From: an uncultured Bacteroidales bacterium
Lineage (GTDB): Bacteria; Bacteroidota; Bacteroidia; Bacteroidales; UBA1402
Direction of reading: 5' to 3'
NCBI GenBank assembly: GCA_942493385.1
Contig: OW818699.1
Coordinates: forward strand, 1,686,808 to 1,750,807
DNA length: 64,000 nt
A program made the position numbers and the translations under genes. This document shows positions 62,604 through 64,000 of this stretch, piece after piece. The first letter of the stretch is position 1. The number at the start of each line of letters is the position of its first letter. The notes beneath the pieces were generated by a model. That model did no database searches, was not told the DNA's origin, and worked only from the letters and a program-made list of their open reading frames with translations.

Positions 62604-63748
62604 AAACCATCCAACTGCAACATCCCAAACGAACCGTCTTCGGGCCGGGTTGCCTGAACGACTTGGCTGCAGACCGCCTGATCACAGTGTCTCAACGCAT
62701 CTTGTTGCTCGTTGCCACACCTTTATATATAGTAATGAAACCATTGGTCGAATCGTTTCGGTCGGCCGGGAAACAGGTGGACGTCTATGAATTCATTTTC
62801 CCGGGTGAACCCACGTTCAAACAAATGGACGAAATGCTGGTTCATTCCCAAGAGTTCCAACCCGATTGCGTCATCGGTATCGGAGGCGGCAGCGTGCTCG
62901 ACTGTGCCAAACTGTTGGCCGCACTCACCAATAGCAAGCAACTTTTACGCGAAGTGCCAGGCATCAACATCCTTCAAGGCCGTAGCATCAACCTCCTTTG
63001 CGTGCCAACCACATCAGGCACCGGCAGCGAAATGTCGCCCATCGCCATCCTGCTCGATACGGATACCAACGAAAAAAAAGGCATCATCAGCCCCGACCTG
63101 GTGGCCGACGCCGCTTACATCGACCCGGCACTGACCTTGACCCTTCCTAAAAAGCTTACTGCCGAAACCGGTTTCGACGCCCTCTGCCATTGCATCGAAG
63201 CCTACACCAACAAGTTTGCCCATCCTGCAGTGGATATTTACGCCCTCAAAGGCATCCAACTTATTAGCGCCAACCTGCTGAAAGCATGTCAGGACGGCAG
63301 CAACCTCGAAGCCCGCATTGCTCTGTCAATGGCCTCCATGTACGGCGGCCTATGCCTTGGCCCGGTAAACACCTCTGCCGTGCATGCCCTTTCTTATGGA
63401 CTTGGTGGAAAATACCATGTTTCGCATGGCCTCGCCAACGCCATTCTTTTGCCCGAAGTCCTGCTGTTCAATCTGCCAGCATGTGTGGAACGCACCGCAG
63501 AAATCGCCCTTGCACTTGGCGTCCGCAAAGGCCCCGATGCAGAAACCACCGCTTTGGCAGGCATTCAGAAAATCCGCGAACTGTCCATCGCCTGCGGCAT
63601 TCCACAGCACTTGTCCGAAATCGGCATTCAAGAAGCAGACCTACCCGAACTTGCTACCATTGCTCTAAATGTAAAAAGACTGCTGAACAACAACCCCAGA
63701 GAAGTCAGAATGGAAGATGCATTGAGTATCTTTACGCTCCTCCTATGA
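62600..63748 (+). CDS. Iron-containing (group III) alcohol dehydrogenase
   Basis: Start at the ATG at 62600, which overlaps the transporter stop (ATGA). Has GGGSVLDCAK and His-rich metal-site segments (CHCIEAYT, HALSYGLGGKYHVSHG). Confidence 0.8.
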   Translation: MKTIQLQHPKRTVFGPGCLNDLAADRLITVSQRILLLVATPLYIVMKPLVESFRSAGKQVDVYEFIFPGEPTFKQMDEMLVHSQEFQPDCVIGIGGGSVLDCAKLLAALTNSKQLLREVPGINILQGRSINLLCVPTTSGTGSEMSPIAILLDTDTNEKKGIISPDLVADAAYIDPALTLTLPKKLTAETGFDALCHCIEAYTNKFAHPAVDIYALKGIQLISANLLKACQDGSNLEARIALSMASMYGGLCLGPVNTSAVHALSYGLGGKYHVSHGLANAILLPEVLLFNLPACVERTAEIALALGVRKGPDAETTALAGIQKIRELSIACGIPQHLSEIGIQEADLPELATIALNVKRLLNNNPREVRMEDALSIFTLLL

Positions 63749-63758
63749 ATAGACTCCT

Positions 63759-64000
63759 ATGAACAAAATGACACCCATCATCGGCATCAGCATGGGCGAT
63801 CCTGCTGGGATCGGTCCTGAAATCATCGTCAAAGCCTTCTTGCAAAAGGAGGTCCATGATCGTTGCCGTCCGCTGGTGGTCGGTGATGCGGCTGTGATGA
63901 AATACGCCGTGAAACTCCTTGGCGCAACCCTGAACGTGGTTTCCATCAATACGGTCTCTGAGGCAATTTTCTCTCCCGAAACCTTGAATGTGTTCGACCT
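63759..64000 (+). CDS. PdxA-family (4-hydroxythreonine-4-phosphate / 4-phospho-tetronate) dehydrogenase, 3'-partial
   Basis: Not in the ORF track because it runs off the window. My translation is MNKMTPIIGISMGDPAGIGPEIIVKAF..., the PdxA N-terminal signature. Confidence 0.65.
   Translation, partial: MNKMTPIIGISMGDPAGIGPEIIVKAFLQKEVHDRCRPLVVGDAAVMKYAVKLLGATLNVVSINTVSEAIFSPETLNVFD

Noticed and set aside
63743-63949. 68-aa minus-strand ORF at the window end.
   Set aside because: It is antisense to a plus-strand reading frame with an unmistakable PdxA N-terminal signature (GISMGDPAGIGPEI).

Overview
This is a Bacteroidota-type chromosomal segment: it has two SusC/SusD pairs, three proteins with T9SS C-terminal sorting domains, GldL/GldM, TAnnTTTG -7 promoter boxes and almost no Shine-Dalgarno sites. 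It falls into four blocks. (1) 1-6.3 kb holds a T9SS-secreted gluzincin-like protein and two tandem PL11-like rhamnogalacturonan lyases. (2) 6.4-18.6 kb holds mixed housekeeping genes: an M13 peptidase, a pullulanase-like GH13 protein whose catalytic Glu and Asp appear substituted, a Cys-rich wHTH regulator divergent from a Mn/Fe superoxide dismutase, an NDK-fold protein, a V4R protein plus a soluble histidine kinase, and methylmalonyl-CoA epimerase / carboxyltransferase / BCCP. (3) 18.65-30.1 kb is a 12-gene locus, entirely on the minus strand and lower in G+C, and is my candidate for the novel system. It encodes an orphan LuxR-type response regulator, six paralogous ~190-aa secreted pilin-like proteins, and a periplasmic chaperone-like protein. 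These are followed by an 874-aa usher-like outer-membrane barrel whose ATG and signal peptide are split from the gene body by a T9 slippery/homopolymer tract, and a seventh small pilin-like protein. Last come gldM and gldL, in inverted order and without gldK/gldN. (4) 30.3-64 kb is a pectin/rhamnogalacturonan PUL. It has a GntR-PBP hybrid regulator, two PL1 lyases, GH78, GH43+BNR, other putative CAZymes and two SusC/D pairs. It ends with an acid-sugar catabolic tail: two DapA-family aldolases, an SSF transporter, an Fe-ADH and a PdxA-like gene. I recognised no rRNA, tRNA, CRISPR array, transposase or integrase. All family assignments come from motif recognition by eye; no database search or computation was possible.
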